Assembly (NCBI GenBank): GCA_965213685.1
Contig: CBDBZY010000029.1
Span: 66,550-130,549, forward strand
From: a bacterium
GTDB taxonomy: Bacteria > UBA8248
DNA length: 64,000 nt
Reading direction: 5' to 3'
The position numbers were made by a program, and so were the translations under genes. Positions 1 to 12,226 of this stretch are shown piece after piece (the stretch's first letter is position 1; the number at the start of each line of letters is the position of its first letter). The notes beneath the pieces are model-generated. The model was given only the letters and a program-made list of their open reading frames with translations, did not search any database and was not told the DNA's origin.

Positions 1-48
1 AACGCGCCGACGCCGCGCACCCTTTCCGCCTGGTTCTCCTCACGCGCC

Positions 49-78
49 TTGAAATCCGGCGCGCAGATCGGCTAGATT
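49..78 (+). promoter_or_regulatory. Putative sigma70 promoter for gmhA
   Basis: TTGAAA (49-54), 18-nt spacer, TAGATT (73-78), upstream of gmhA. Confidence 0.4.
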
Positions 79-149
79 CATGGCCGGCGGACAAACTCGC
101 CCTCCCCATCGTCTGCGCCGCCCGGCAGGCCTTCACGCAGAGGTGTCTT

Positions 150-806
150 TTGTTGGAATCCTCGGCAAAGGAATTCCTGGCCGGCCGCGCCGCCAAATAC
201 GCATCGCTCGCCGCGGGCGACTACCCCCGTCAGATAGACGGGGTCTGCGACGTCATCCTCGAGTGTCTGCTGAACGGCGGGAAAATCATCGCCTTTGGCA
301 ACGGGGGGAGCGCAGCACTCGCCGCGCACTTCACCGGCGAGCTCGTCGGCCGCTTCCTGGCCGATCGCCCCCCCCTGCCCGCCATCTGCCTGCACGCCGA
401 GACGAGCGCCCTCACCGCCATCGGAAACGACTACGGGTATGAAGAGACGTTCTCGAGGCAGATTCAGGCGCATGGCCAAAAAGGGGACGTCGCCCTGGGC
501 TTGAGCACGAGCGGCAACTCCGGCAACGTCGTCGCCGCCCTCCGGCGGGCGAGCACCCAGGACATGCGGGGCGTCGCGATGACGGGAAGGGGCGGGGGGC
601 GGGCCTCCGGAGCAGCGGAGTTCGTGGCGAAAGTCCCGTCGGAGGACACCGATTTCATACAGGAAGCCCATGAGGCCGCCCTGCATTACATATGCCACCG
701 CATCGACGGAGCTCTCGCCGGGGGGGACGCGCGGGGGCTGACGCGGCGCGACGCGGACGAGACGCCCTCCGGAAGCGGACAGGGGGAAGCCGCCCCGGGC
801 GGATGA
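150..806 (+). CDS. gmhA: Phosphoheptose (D-sedoheptulose-7-phosphate) isomerase, SIS domain
   Basis: Motifs GNGGSAA, TAIGNDYGYEETFSRQ, GLSTSGNS, IQEAH; TTG start approximate. Confidence 0.9.
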   Translation: MLESSAKEFLAGRAAKYASLAAGDYPRQIDGVCDVILECLLNGGKIIAFGNGGSAALAAHFTGELVGRFLADRPPLPAICLHAETSALTAIGNDYGYEETFSRQIQAHGQKGDVALGLSTSGNSGNVVAALRRASTQDMRGVAMTGRGGGRASGAAEFVAKVPSEDTDFIQEAHEAALHYICHRIDGALAGGDARGLTRRDADETPSGSGQGEAAPGG

Positions 807-836
807 GCGCAACAACGACGACAGGACGCGCGAGAC

Positions 837-1640
837 GTGGAAATCGGAATTCTGGGGAGCGGAAGCCGGGGAAACGCCGCCGTGGTCCGCGCAGGCGGTG
901 CGGCCTTTCTGGTGGATGCGGGCCTCAGTGCGCGCCAGATCACAAAACGCCTCGAAGCCTACGGCCTCCACCCGCGGGATTTGGCGGCCATCGTGCTCAC
1001 GCATGAGCACATCGACCACGTCCGAGGCGCGGGCACCCTAGCGAGAAGATGGGATTTGCCCCTCTGGACGAACAAGGGCACATACGAGGCTAGCCTCCGG
1101 ACGATAGGCGAGACGCCCAGGTGGATCGAAATCGAGGTGGGCCTCCCCTTCCACATCGGCGGCGTGCGGCTCGAGCCTTTCAGCACGCCCCATGACGCGG
1201 CGGATCCGTTCGGAATGATATTGCGGGGGGAGGACGGGCGGCGCATCGGCTTCGCCACCGACATGGGGTTCGCCACGAACCTGGCGCGCCGGCGACTCCA
1301 GGGGATTCAGGGACTCGTGCTGGAATTCAACCATGACGTGGAGATGCTCATCAACGGTCCCTACCCCTGGCCGCTCAAGCAAAGGATCCGGGGGAAACTC
1401 GGACACCTCAGCAACGAGGACGCGGCCCGCCTCCTCGAGGAGGTCGCCACGGACGAGTTCGAGTGGCTCGTCTGCGCCCACGTCTCGCAGGAGAACAACG
1501 AGGACCGGCTTCTTCTCGGGGTAGCGCGAAAGGCGTTGGGCGGCAACGGGAGGGGAGGCGAAAGAAACCTCCTGTGCGCCGGCCAGGACGCGCCCACCCC
1601 CCTCATCGGTCCCGGAGGAGAGGGGGAGGGCATCTCGTGA
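837..1640 (+). CDS. MBL-fold metallo-hydrolase, YycJ/WalJ-like
   Basis: LGSGSRGN, THEHIDH, PHDAADP, TDMG, LEFNHD, GHLSN motifs. Confidence 0.85.
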   Translation: MEIGILGSGSRGNAAVVRAGGAAFLVDAGLSARQITKRLEAYGLHPRDLAAIVLTHEHIDHVRGAGTLARRWDLPLWTNKGTYEASLRTIGETPRWIEIEVGLPFHIGGVRLEPFSTPHDAADPFGMILRGEDGRRIGFATDMGFATNLARRRLQGIQGLVLEFNHDVEMLINGPYPWPLKQRIRGKLGHLSNEDAARLLEEVATDEFEWLVCAHVSQENNEDRLLLGVARKALGGNGRGGERNLLCAGQDAPTPLIGPGGEGEGIS

Positions 1641-2962
1641 TTCCGCGATACGCGCGCCCGGAAATGGCGAGGATATGGGAGGAGCGGGAAAAACTGCAGC
1701 GGATGCTGGACGTCGAGATCGCCGTTTGCGAGGAGATGGCCGCGCGGGGCGAGATTCCCGCGGACGCACTGGAGGAGATTCGCTCGAAAGCGGCGTTCGA
1801 CGTCGGGCGGATCAAGGAGATCGAGCGCACCACCAAGCACGACGTCATCGCGTTTCTCACCAGCGTGGCGGAGCACGTAGGGCCCGCCTCGCGCTACATT
1901 CACCTCGGCATGACGAGCAGCGACGTCCTCGACACCGGTCTCGCCCTGCAACTCGTATCGGCGGCCGACATCATCATCGAGAACATCCAGCACCTGCGAG
2001 AGACCCTCCGGCGGCGCGCCCTCGAGCAAAAGCGCACCCTCATCGCGGGCAGAACCCACGGGATGCACGCCGAACCCACCACGCTGGGACTGAAAATAGC
2101 CACGTGGCACGCCGAATTCGGACGCGCGGACGAGCGCATGCGAAGGGCGCGGGAAGCCGTTCGCGTTGGCCAGATATCGGGCGCCGTGGGCGCCTGTCCG
2201 CACATTCCGCCGGACGCCGAGGAGGCTGTCTGCGAGCGCCTGGGCCTCGAGGCGGACCGCGTCAGCAGCCAAATCATCCAGCGCGACCGCCATGCGGAGT
2301 ATCACCTGGCGCTCGCCCTCGTGGCGGCGAGCATCTCGCGCGTGGCGACGGAGGTGCGCCACCTGCAAAGAAACGAGGTGGGCGAGGCGGAAGAATTCTT
2401 CAGCAAGGGACAAAAGGGAAGCTCCGCCATGCCCCACAAGAGGAACCCCGTCGTCTCGGAGCAGCTCTGCGGCCTCGCCCGGGTGGTGCAGGGAAACGCC
2501 TCGGCGGCCCTGCAAAACGTGCCCCTCTGGCACGAGCGCGACATCTCCCACTCATCCGTGGAGCGCGTCATCCTGCCGGACAGCACGATTCTCGTCGATT
2601 ACATGCTCCACAAGCTCAACGACTTGATGACAAACTGGGTGGTCTATCCCGGAAGGATGCGGGAGAACCTGGATCGCTCCCGGGGGCTGCTCCTCAGCGA
2701 GCACGTCATGCTCGCCCTGATTCGCAAGGCGGGCATCACCCGCGAGGAGGCCTACGCGCGCGTCCAGGCCCCCGCCATGGAGACGTGGGCCGAGGGCGGC
2801 GATTTTCAGGCCAGGCTGGCGGCGGACCCCGCGGTGGGGGGCGTCCTGGGCGAGGCGGCGCTCGCCCGCTGCTTCGACGTGGACGCCCATCTGAAGAACC
2901 TGGACCGGATATTCGAGCGGGCCTTTGGCCCCGGTGCGGAACGAACCCCCGGCGGCGGATGA
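1637..2962 (+). CDS. purB: Adenylosuccinate lyase
   Basis: GTG start overlaps the upstream stop (VIPRYARPEM); KHDVIAF, GRTHG, SSAMPHKRNP, WHERDISHSS. Confidence 0.97.
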   Translation: MIPRYARPEMARIWEEREKLQRMLDVEIAVCEEMAARGEIPADALEEIRSKAAFDVGRIKEIERTTKHDVIAFLTSVAEHVGPASRYIHLGMTSSDVLDTGLALQLVSAADIIIENIQHLRETLRRRALEQKRTLIAGRTHGMHAEPTTLGLKIATWHAEFGRADERMRRAREAVRVGQISGAVGACPHIPPDAEEAVCERLGLEADRVSSQIIQRDRHAEYHLALALVAASISRVATEVRHLQRNEVGEAEEFFSKGQKGSSAMPHKRNPVVSEQLCGLARVVQGNASAALQNVPLWHERDISHSSVERVILPDSTILVDYMLHKLNDLMTNWVVYPGRMRENLDRSRGLLLSEHVMLALIRKAGITREEAYARVQAPAMETWAEGGDFQARLAADPAVGGVLGEAALARCFDVDAHLKNLDRIFERAFGPGAERTPGGG

Positions 2963-3097
2963 CAAGCGGGGGCGCGGATATGGTAGGATGCGGAATCCCG
3001 GCGGCCGGGACCCCCGCTTTCTCGAGCGCCCGAATGATCGAACCGCCCCGGAACGCAGGCCCGGAAAACCCCTCGCTCCCCGAATGGAGAACGCTTC

Positions 3098-3811
3098 ATG
3101 CAACGCGGCAGACAGATATACGAAGGCAAGGCCAAGATCATCTATGAAACGGACGACCCCGCCTACTGCATCCAGTTCTTCAAGGACGACGCCTCCGCCT
3201 TTAACGCCAAGAAGCTGGGCACCATCGAGGCCAAGGGCGTCTTCAACAACTCCATATCCTCCCGCCTGCTTCAGGAGGTGGAGCACCAGGGCGTGCCCAC
3301 GCATTTCGTCCGGAAACTCTCCGAGCGGGAGATGCTGGTGAAAAAACTCGACATCATTCTGGTCGAGGTGGTGCTGAGAAACATCATCGCGGGGAGTCTG
3401 GCCAAGCGGATGGGCGTGGCGGAAGGCGCGCGCCTTCCCCACACGATTGTCGATCTGCACCTGAAAAACGACGCGCTGGACGACCCGCTCATCAACGAGG
3501 ACACCGCCGTGGCCTTTGCGCTGGCGACGCGCGCGGAGCTCGCCCGGATGCGCGAATGCGCCCTGCGGGTGAACGATATCCTCACCGCGTTTTTCTCCGA
3601 GCGCAACATCGACCTCGTGGACTTCAAGCTCGAGTTCGGGCGTTGCGGGGCCGAGGGCGGCCGGCTGCTCCTGGGCGATGAAATCACGCCGGACGGCTGT
3701 CGCCTCTGGGAGAAGGAGACGGGCAGAAGGCTGGACAAGGACCGCTTCCGCAGAGATATGGGAAACGTGGAAGACGCATACGCCGAGGTCGAAAAAATCG
3801 TCCAGAGCTAA
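3098..3811 (+). CDS. purC: SAICAR synthetase
   Basis: YEGKAK, FKDDASAFN, VDFKLEFG, DEITPDGCRLW, LDKDRFR. Confidence 0.97.
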   Translation: MQRGRQIYEGKAKIIYETDDPAYCIQFFKDDASAFNAKKLGTIEAKGVFNNSISSRLLQEVEHQGVPTHFVRKLSEREMLVKKLDIILVEVVLRNIIAGSLAKRMGVAEGARLPHTIVDLHLKNDALDDPLINEDTAVAFALATRAELARMRECALRVNDILTAFFSERNIDLVDFKLEFGRCGAEGGRLLLGDEITPDGCRLWEKETGRRLDKDRFRRDMGNVEDAYAEVEKIVQS

Positions 3812-3840
3812 TCCATCATCCCCCGCCTCAAGAGGCAGCG

Positions 3841-4101
3841 ATGGCGAAAGCCCGTATCTACGTGACGCTCAAGGCCGGCGTCCTCGACCCCCAGGGGGAA
3901 GCCGTTCGGAGCGCCCTCGCCTCTCTGGGATTCGGGGGCGTCATCGACGTGCGCGTGGGCAAATTCATCGAGATGGAGCTCGGAGACTCGCACAGCGTCC
4001 GCGCCGACCTCGAACGGATGTGTCGGGACCTTCTCGCGAATCCCGTCATCGAGGATTATCGCATCGAAGTGGCGGACGGCTCCGCGAACGGCGAGGGCTG
4101 A
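3841..4101 (+). CDS. purS: FGAM synthase subunit PurS
   Basis: VLDPQG, VRVGK, LLANPVIEDY. Confidence 0.95.
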   Translation: MAKARIYVTLKAGVLDPQGEAVRSALASLGFGGVIDVRVGKFIEMELGDSHSVRADLERMCRDLLANPVIEDYRIEVADGSANGEG

Positions 4102-4795
4102 TGATGCGGTTCGTCGTCGTCGTGTTCCCCGGCTCGAATTGCGATCACGACTGCTACCACGCCATCAAGGACGGCCTCGGGCAACCGGTGCGCTTCGTCT
4201 GGCACAAGGAAACCTCCCTGGGGGACGCGGAGGTGGCGATACTCCCCGGGGGGTTCAGCTACGGGGATTATCTGCGCGCCGGCGCCATATCGCGCTTCTC
4301 CCCCATCATGCGGGCCGTGGCGGCACACACCCGGGAGGGGCGTCCCGTCATCGGCATATGCAACGGCTTTCAATGCCTGGCCGAATCCGGCCTCCTCCCC
4401 GGGGCGCTGAGGCGAAACGAGTCGCTTCGCTTCATCTGCGACGACGCCTGGCTGAAATGCGAAACCTCCAGAACCCCCTTCACCCGCGGGATTCCGGCGG
4501 GAGAACTCCTCCGGATGCCCATCGCGCACGCGGAGGGAAACTACTACTGCGCACCCGATGCGCTCGCCGCACTCGAGGATAACGATCAGATCGTTTTTCG
4601 GTACGCGGACGCAGAGGGCCGCGCGGACACCGCATCGAACCCCAACGGCTCTGTCGGGAACATCGCCGGCGTATGCAACCCGCAAGGAAACGTGGTCGGC
4701 CTCATGCCGCATCCGGACCGCCGTTGCGATGCGTTGGTGGGCGGAGAGGACGGGCTGCGGCTGTTCGCCTCCCTCGCGCAAACGGCGGCGTCGTC

Positions 4796-4799
<4 letters not shown>
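4101..4799 (+). CDS. purQ: FGAM synthase glutaminase subunit PurQ
   Basis: [36 protein letters not shown] (Asp where the family has Glu). Confidence 0.95.
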
Positions 4800-7033
<2,234 letters not shown>

Positions 7034-7034
7034 G

Positions 7035-8486
7035 ATGTCCGGCTGGCAGGATGACCATCCGAGAGAAGAATGCGGCGTCTTCGGGATTTACGGCCATCCC
7101 GAGGCGGCCAACATGGCGTATCTCGGCCTCTACTCCCTCCAGCACAGGGGACAGGAGAGCTCCGGCATCGTGGCCTCCGACGGCGAGAGGGTGCACAGCG
7201 AAGTCGGCATGGGGCTGGTGGCCGACGTCTTCACGAAAGAGCGCATCTCCAAACTCCGGGGGCACATCGCCATCGGGCACAACCGCTATTCCACCGCGGG
7301 GCAATCCGACATCAAGAACGCCCAACCCTTTTTGGTGAACTACGCCAAGGGAACGCTCGCCCTCGGCCACAACGGAAACCTCGTCAACGGCGGCGCCCTG
7401 CGCGCGGAACTGGAAGCCACCGGCTCCATATTTCGCAGCGCGACGGACCAGCGAGGTCATCCTGCACCTCATCGCCCGCTCCGGGGAGAAAACCATCGAG
7501 GGCGCCATCATAGAGGCCTTCCAGCGGCTCGAGGGCGCCTACACGCTCACGATGATGACCGAGGACGCGCTGATAGGGACACGGGACCCCCACGGCTTCC
7601 GCCCCCTCGTTCTGGGCAAACTCCCCTCCGATCCGCCCGAGCTTGACTCCTGGGTTCTCGCGAGCGAGACGTGCGCGCTCGACCTGATTGACGCCGCCTA
7701 CGTGCGCGAAATAGAGCCGGGCGAGATGATCGTGATAGATCGGAACGGTCCAAGGAGCATCAGCCATTCCCCCGCCCGTCCAGCACCAGCAATGCATCTT
7801 CGAGTTCATTTACTTCGCTCGTCCGGACAGCTTCATCTTTGGCAAAAACGCCTATTCCGTCCGACAGGCGCTGGGCGCGCAGCTCGCCAGGGAGGACGAT
7901 CTGGAAGCGGACGTCGTCATCCCCGTTCCCGACTCCGGCCTCGCCCGCCGCGCTTGGATACGCGAACGCCTCGGGCCTTCCGCTCGAATGGGGACTGATA
8001 CGCAACCACTACGTGGGCCGCACGTTCATCGAGCCGGAGCAGTCCATCCGGCATTTCGGCGTCAAGCTCAAGCTGAACCCCATCAAGGAGCTGTTGGCGG
8101 ACAGGCGGGTCGTCGTGGTCGACGACTCCCTCGTGCGGGGCACGACGAGCAAGAAAATCGTGGAACTCATCCAGCGGGCGGGCGCGAGGGAGGTGCATAT
8201 GCGCATCAGCTCTCCCCCCATCACCCACCCGTGCTTTTTCGGCATCGACATGCCCACCCTCTCGGAACTCAAGGCCTCCTCGCAAAGCGTCGAGGAAATC
8301 AGGCGCTTCATCGGGGCGGACAGCCTTCGCTACCTCTCGCTGGAGGGCCTGCTCCACTGCGTTCACCCCAACGAGCGCGCATTTTGCACGGCGTGTTTTT
8401 CCGGGGAGTATCCGATGCGCGTCGAGCCGAACGATCATCAGCTCTCTCTTTTTCGGGAATCCCGCACCTCCGAGCACCGCGTATAG
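7035..8486 (+). pseudogene. purF: Amidophosphoribosyltransferase (propeptide, Fe-S type) broken by three +1 frameshifts; probably assembly errors rather than a true pseudogene
   Basis: EECGVFG, LQHRGQE, GHNRYST, HNGNL; then in shifted frames [37 protein letters not shown]; then [23 protein letters not shown]. Extra C at about 7449, 7770 and 7945. Confidence 0.92.
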
Positions 8487-8490
8487 GAAT

Positions 8491-8519
8491 TTGACCGGGC
8501 GATCCATGGCGGGTATGCT
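8491..8519 (+). promoter_or_regulatory. Putative sigma70 promoter for the mltD-like gene
   Basis: TTGACC, 17-nt spacer, TATGCT. Confidence 0.55.
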
Positions 8520-8597
8520 GTGCACGCAGGCAACGGCTGGTTCCGTCTTCTCGGCCGCAAAGCGAGACAACAACCGGAGGAGCGCCTGTCCTTGGGC

Positions 8598-10280
8598 ATG
8601 AAACGGAAACTCCCGCTTTTCATCATCCTGCTCGCCACCGGCTGCGGCGCAGCGCCTGTCGTCGAGAACCGCATCCCTCCCCGGGAAGCGGCTGCGACCG
8701 AATCGGCCGAAACGCAGGCCCGCGTCGCCGTCGTCCCCGCGAAGCGCGCGTCGGCGCCCCAACGGCTCTCCGCACCCATCGGGGAAACCCTCCCGCCCGC
8801 CGCGGAACCCGCGCTCCCCCAAGGCGAGGGAGGCGGACAAAGACGCGGAACCCTCTCCGCACGACATCAGCCTGCCCATCGCCGGAAATCGAAGAGGGTT
8901 TCCTCCCTTCGCCGACGCCGCCCGCCCAGGTGCCGCCGGCCTTTTTGTATGACGTTGCCCGTCGTTCGCAACGCCCTCGTGGACAGGTGGATCGAATACT
9001 TCACGGGGCCTGGACGCGCGAGTTTCGCTCGCTGGCTGGGCAGGAGCGGCCGCTACGTCGGCATGTTCCGCGAAATTCTGGAGGAAAACGCCCTGCCGCA
9101 GGATCTCGCGTATCTGTGTCTGATCGAGAGCGGGTTCAGCCTCAAGGCGCGCTCCAGAGCGGGCGCCGTCGGCCCGTGGCAGTTCATGCCGGGCACCGCG
9201 AGGATGATGGGGCTGAAGATCAACTTCTACGTAGACGAGCGGCGCAACCCGATCAAGGCGACCCGCGCCGCCTCGGCGTATCTCTCGCAACTCTACGAGG
9301 AGTTTGGCGACTGGCATCTGGCGCTCGCCGGATACAACGCGGGGGAGCGCCGCGTCATCCGGGCAATGCGCAGATCAGGGAAAAGGGACTACTGGTCCCT
9401 CGCCAGAACGAGATATTTGCCCAACGAGACGCGCCACTATGTCGCCAAATACCTGGCGGGGATGATCATCGCCAAAAATCCGGAAGTTTTCGGCTTCGTC
9501 GGCATCGATTACGACGCCCCGTGGGATTATCCGTCCATCGCGCTTCCGCACGGCATCAGCCTGCGGGCCATCGCGCGCGCGGCGAACGTTCCGCTGCGCA
9601 CGTTGCGGCGCATCAACGCGGAGCTGCGAACCTCCGTCACGCCTCCGGGGCGGGGATACCACGTTTTTCTGCCGAACGAGGCAGCTGCGCGTTTCGCCGT
9701 CAAGCTGGAGAAGTTCCCCAGAGAGTACGCCTCGGCGAACGGGTATTACCGGATACGTCGCGGCGACACTTTCGGCGTCATCGCGCAAAGGTTCCGGATT
9801 CCGCTCCGCAGGCTCATGGAGGCGAACGCCCACATCCATCCCCGAAAACTTCGCCTCGGCACCAGGATTCTCCTCCCCACGTCAGGAACAAGCCGCCGGG
9901 AGGCGGCGCGCCGACGAAAGCCCGCACCGCCCGCCATGCCGAGGACGCACGTCGTGCGGGACGGGGAGAGCTTCTGGCACATCGCCCAAAAATACAACGT
10001 CTCCACCCGACAGCTGGTCCGGCTCAATCCGGGGCTCCGCCCGAAGCGCATACGGGTCGGCGCGAAAATTCGCCTCCCCTCCCCCCGGCGTCTCGCAAAG
10101 GCGAAAAAAAATCAGGCACCGGCCCCGAAGAGGCCATCGCACCACGTCGTCGGCCCGGGAGAGAACATCTGGCTCATCGCCAAACGATACGGAATTCCCG
10201 CAAAATCCCTGCTCGCCTGGAACCGGCTGGCTCCCTCGGACAAAATTTTCCCCGGCAACAAGCTCAAAATCCGCCGATAG
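8598..10280 (+). CDS. mltD: Lipoprotein lytic murein transglycosylase (SLT domain plus 3 LysM), MltD-like
   Basis: Lipobox LATGC; LIESG, AVGPWQFMPGT, DERRNP, LAGYNAG, ETRHYV; three LysM repeats (YRIRRGDT, HVVRDGES, HVVGPGEN). Confidence 0.85.
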   Translation: MKRKLPLFIILLATGCGAAPVVENRIPPREAAATESAETQARVAVVPAKRASAPQRLSAPIGETLPPAAEPALPQGEGGGQRRGTLSARHQPAHRRKSKRVSSLRRRRPPRCRRPFCMTLPVVRNALVDRWIEYFTGPGRASFARWLGRSGRYVGMFREILEENALPQDLAYLCLIESGFSLKARSRAGAVGPWQFMPGTARMMGLKINFYVDERRNPIKATRAASAYLSQLYEEFGDWHLALAGYNAGERRVIRAMRRSGKRDYWSLARTRYLPNETRHYVAKYLAGMIIAKNPEVFGFVGIDYDAPWDYPSIALPHGISLRAIARAANVPLRTLRRINAELRTSVTPPGRGYHVFLPNEAAARFAVKLEKFPREYASANGYYRIRRGDTFGVIAQRFRIPLRRLMEANAHIHPRKLRLGTRILLPTSGTSRREAARRRKPAPPAMPRTHVVRDGESFWHIAQKYNVSTRQLVRLNPGLRPKRIRVGAKIRLPSPRRLAKAKKNQAPAPKRPSHHVVGPGENIWLIAKRYGIPAKSLLAWNRLAPSDKIFPGNKLKIRR

Positions 10281-10293
10281 CGCCAAAGGATTC

Positions 10294-10323
10294 TTGACAC
10301 CCGTTCTCCTGCTCTCCTAAGAT
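10294..10323 (+). promoter_or_regulatory. Putative sigma70 promoter for the bamD operon
   Basis: TTGACA, 18-nt spacer, TAAGAT. Confidence 0.6.
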
Positions 10324-10389
10324 GCACGGTGGCGCCACAGGCGCAAGGATGCATCTCGGCCCATCTTCTGCTTTTGGATAGGGAACGAC

Positions 10390-11163
10390 ATGACCCATCG
10401 CACTGCACGCCGCTTCCCGCTTGTCGCCTTCTCCCTGGCCTGCCTGCTCCTCATCTCGAGCGGCTGCGTCTCGCGTCCGAAAGAGCAGGCCTCGCCCGGG
10501 GAGTTGCTCGTCCTCGGCGAGGAGGATTTGCGAACCGAGCGCTTCGAGGCGGCGCGCCTCGCGTTCAAGCGCCTGCTGGAGGAATACCCCAACAGCAAGC
10601 ACCGCAGAAGGGCGTTGCTGCGCCTCGCGGATTCATACTACAAAGAGGAGGAGTACATCGAATCGAAGCTGCAGTATTTTGAATACGTGCGCCTCTACCC
10701 GGTGAGCGCGGGGACGCCGAAAGCCTATTATTTTCTCGCGATGAGCGACTACCAGCGCAAGCTGGCACCCGACCAGGACGCATCGGTCGCGAAAGACGCC
10801 CTCGAGAATTTTCAAACCCTCGTCAGTCGCTTTCCCCGCTCGCAGTACGCCGCCGACGCGACCAACAAGATTCTCGAGTTGCGGGAGCACCTCGCCAAGC
10901 ACGCCATATTCATCGCCAATTTCTATTACAGAACCGATCTGCGCGTCTCGGCGATTCCGCGCTACAAGGAAATTATCCGGGACTTCGAGGACGTCCCCCA
11001 CATTCGGGCCGAGGCCATCTACAAACTCGCGGAGAGCTATCGGGCGGAGGAGAGCTTCGAGAAGGCGGGAGAGGCCTATCACGCGCTTTTGAAGTCATAT
11101 CCCGGCAGCGCGTACGCCTCGGCGGCACACGATAGCCTCCTCACCCTCACGGGCAGAAAATGA
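10390..11163 (+). CDS. bamD: Outer membrane protein assembly factor BamD (TPR lipoprotein)
   Basis: Lipobox SSGC; TPR repeats with YPNS, FPRSQY, DQD, IANFYY pattern. Confidence 0.85.
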   Translation: MTHRTARRFPLVAFSLACLLLISSGCVSRPKEQASPGELLVLGEEDLRTERFEAARLAFKRLLEEYPNSKHRRRALLRLADSYYKEEEYIESKLQYFEYVRLYPVSAGTPKAYYFLAMSDYQRKLAPDQDASVAKDALENFQTLVSRFPRSQYAADATNKILELREHLAKHAIFIANFYYRTDLRVSAIPRYKEIIRDFEDVPHIRAEAIYKLAESYRAEESFEKAGEAYHALLKSYPGSAYASAAHDSLLTLTGRK

Positions 11164-11222
11164 CCTCCCCGCGAACCCGGGCCACTTCTCCAGCCGACCT
11201 CGCCACATGCGGGTAACTCCCG

Positions 11223-12224
11223 ATGTCTGAGTCGAGCTCCGAGGAGCCCGAAGGCAGGAGTTTCCCCGACGCCGCGCCGGGCAACATCCCCGGGACGAAA
11301 GAAAAACGGGCCGGCTTCCACCCGACGAGCGATGCCGCCGATCGAGCCGCGCTACCCGACATCTCCAACGACTCCGAGGGAGCGGAACCAGCGGGTTCCC
11401 CCGCCACGGACGTCTTGTCCATGTACATGCGAGACATCGGCGCCCACCCTGTTCTCACGCGCGCGGAGGAGCGCGCCCTCGCCCTGCGCTCCCGAAAGGG
11501 GGACGAGGAGGCGTTCGGCCAACTCGTTCGCTCGAATTTGCGCTACGTCATCAGCGTGGCAAAACGCTACAGACACTTCGGGCTTTCCCTCGAGGACTTG
11601 ATCAACGAGGGCAACATCGGGCTGATCCACGCGATCAGGCGCTTCGATCCGGAGAAGGGCGTCAAGCTCATCACCTACGCCGTATGGTGGATCAGACAGA
11701 GCATCATGCACGCGATGGCGGATCAGAAGAACACCGTCCGGCTCCCCGTCAAGCAGGCCGGCCTCCTCCACAAAATTTCCATCACGCACGAGAGGCTCCG
11801 CCAGGATCTGAAGCGCGAACCGACGATGTCGGAGCTCTCCGAGCAACTCGACCTCAAGGCGGCCGACATCTGCAAACTCATGCGCGCCAATCAGCACTGC
11901 CTCTCCCTCGACGCCGCCGTCTCTCCCGACGATGACACCAGCTACCTCGACCTGCTCGAGGAGCAAGACGCCGTATCCGTGGAAGAAAGCGCGGCGCGCC
12001 ACTCCCTCGAAGAAGAGGTGGAAGACCTGCTGCAGGAGCTCGACCCCCGGGAGCGCGAGATCATCCGGATGCGCTACGGATTCGATGGAGAGGCGATGAC
12101 GCTGGAGGAAATCGGACGCAAGCTCGGGCTGTCGCGCGAGAGGGTCAGACAGATAGAAAAAAAAGTGATCCACCGCTTCCGCGCGCAAGGCAGCCACCAG
12201 GTGCTGCATGATTTTCTGGGTTGA
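11223..12224 (+). CDS. RNA polymerase sigma70-family factor without region 1.1 (group-2/RpoS-like)
   Basis: Region 1.2 YMRDIG; NLRYVISVAKRY, DLINEGNIGL, TYAVWWIRQ; region 4 TLEEIG..SRERVRQIE. Confidence 0.9.
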   Translation: MSESSSEEPEGRSFPDAAPGNIPGTKEKRAGFHPTSDAADRAALPDISNDSEGAEPAGSPATDVLSMYMRDIGAHPVLTRAEERALALRSRKGDEEAFGQLVRSNLRYVISVAKRYRHFGLSLEDLINEGNIGLIHAIRRFDPEKGVKLITYAVWWIRQSIMHAMADQKNTVRLPVKQAGLLHKISITHERLRQDLKREPTMSELSEQLDLKAADICKLMRANQHCLSLDAAVSPDDDTSYLDLLEEQDAVSVEESAARHSLEEEVEDLLQELDPREREIIRMRYGFDGEAMTLEEIGRKLGLSRERVRQIEKKVIHRFRAQGSHQVLHDFLG

Positions 12225-12226
12225 CC

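Noticed and set aside
2963-3097. Purine or ZTP riboswitch before purC (AAGCGGGGG/CCCCCGCTT stem)
   Set aside because: No recognisable riboswitch consensus; a promoter-like TGGTAGGAT within it explains the spacer
7440-7950. Programmed frameshifting in purF
   Set aside because: Three successive shifts would be needed, there are no canonical slippery sites, and similar indels occur in the neighbouring gene
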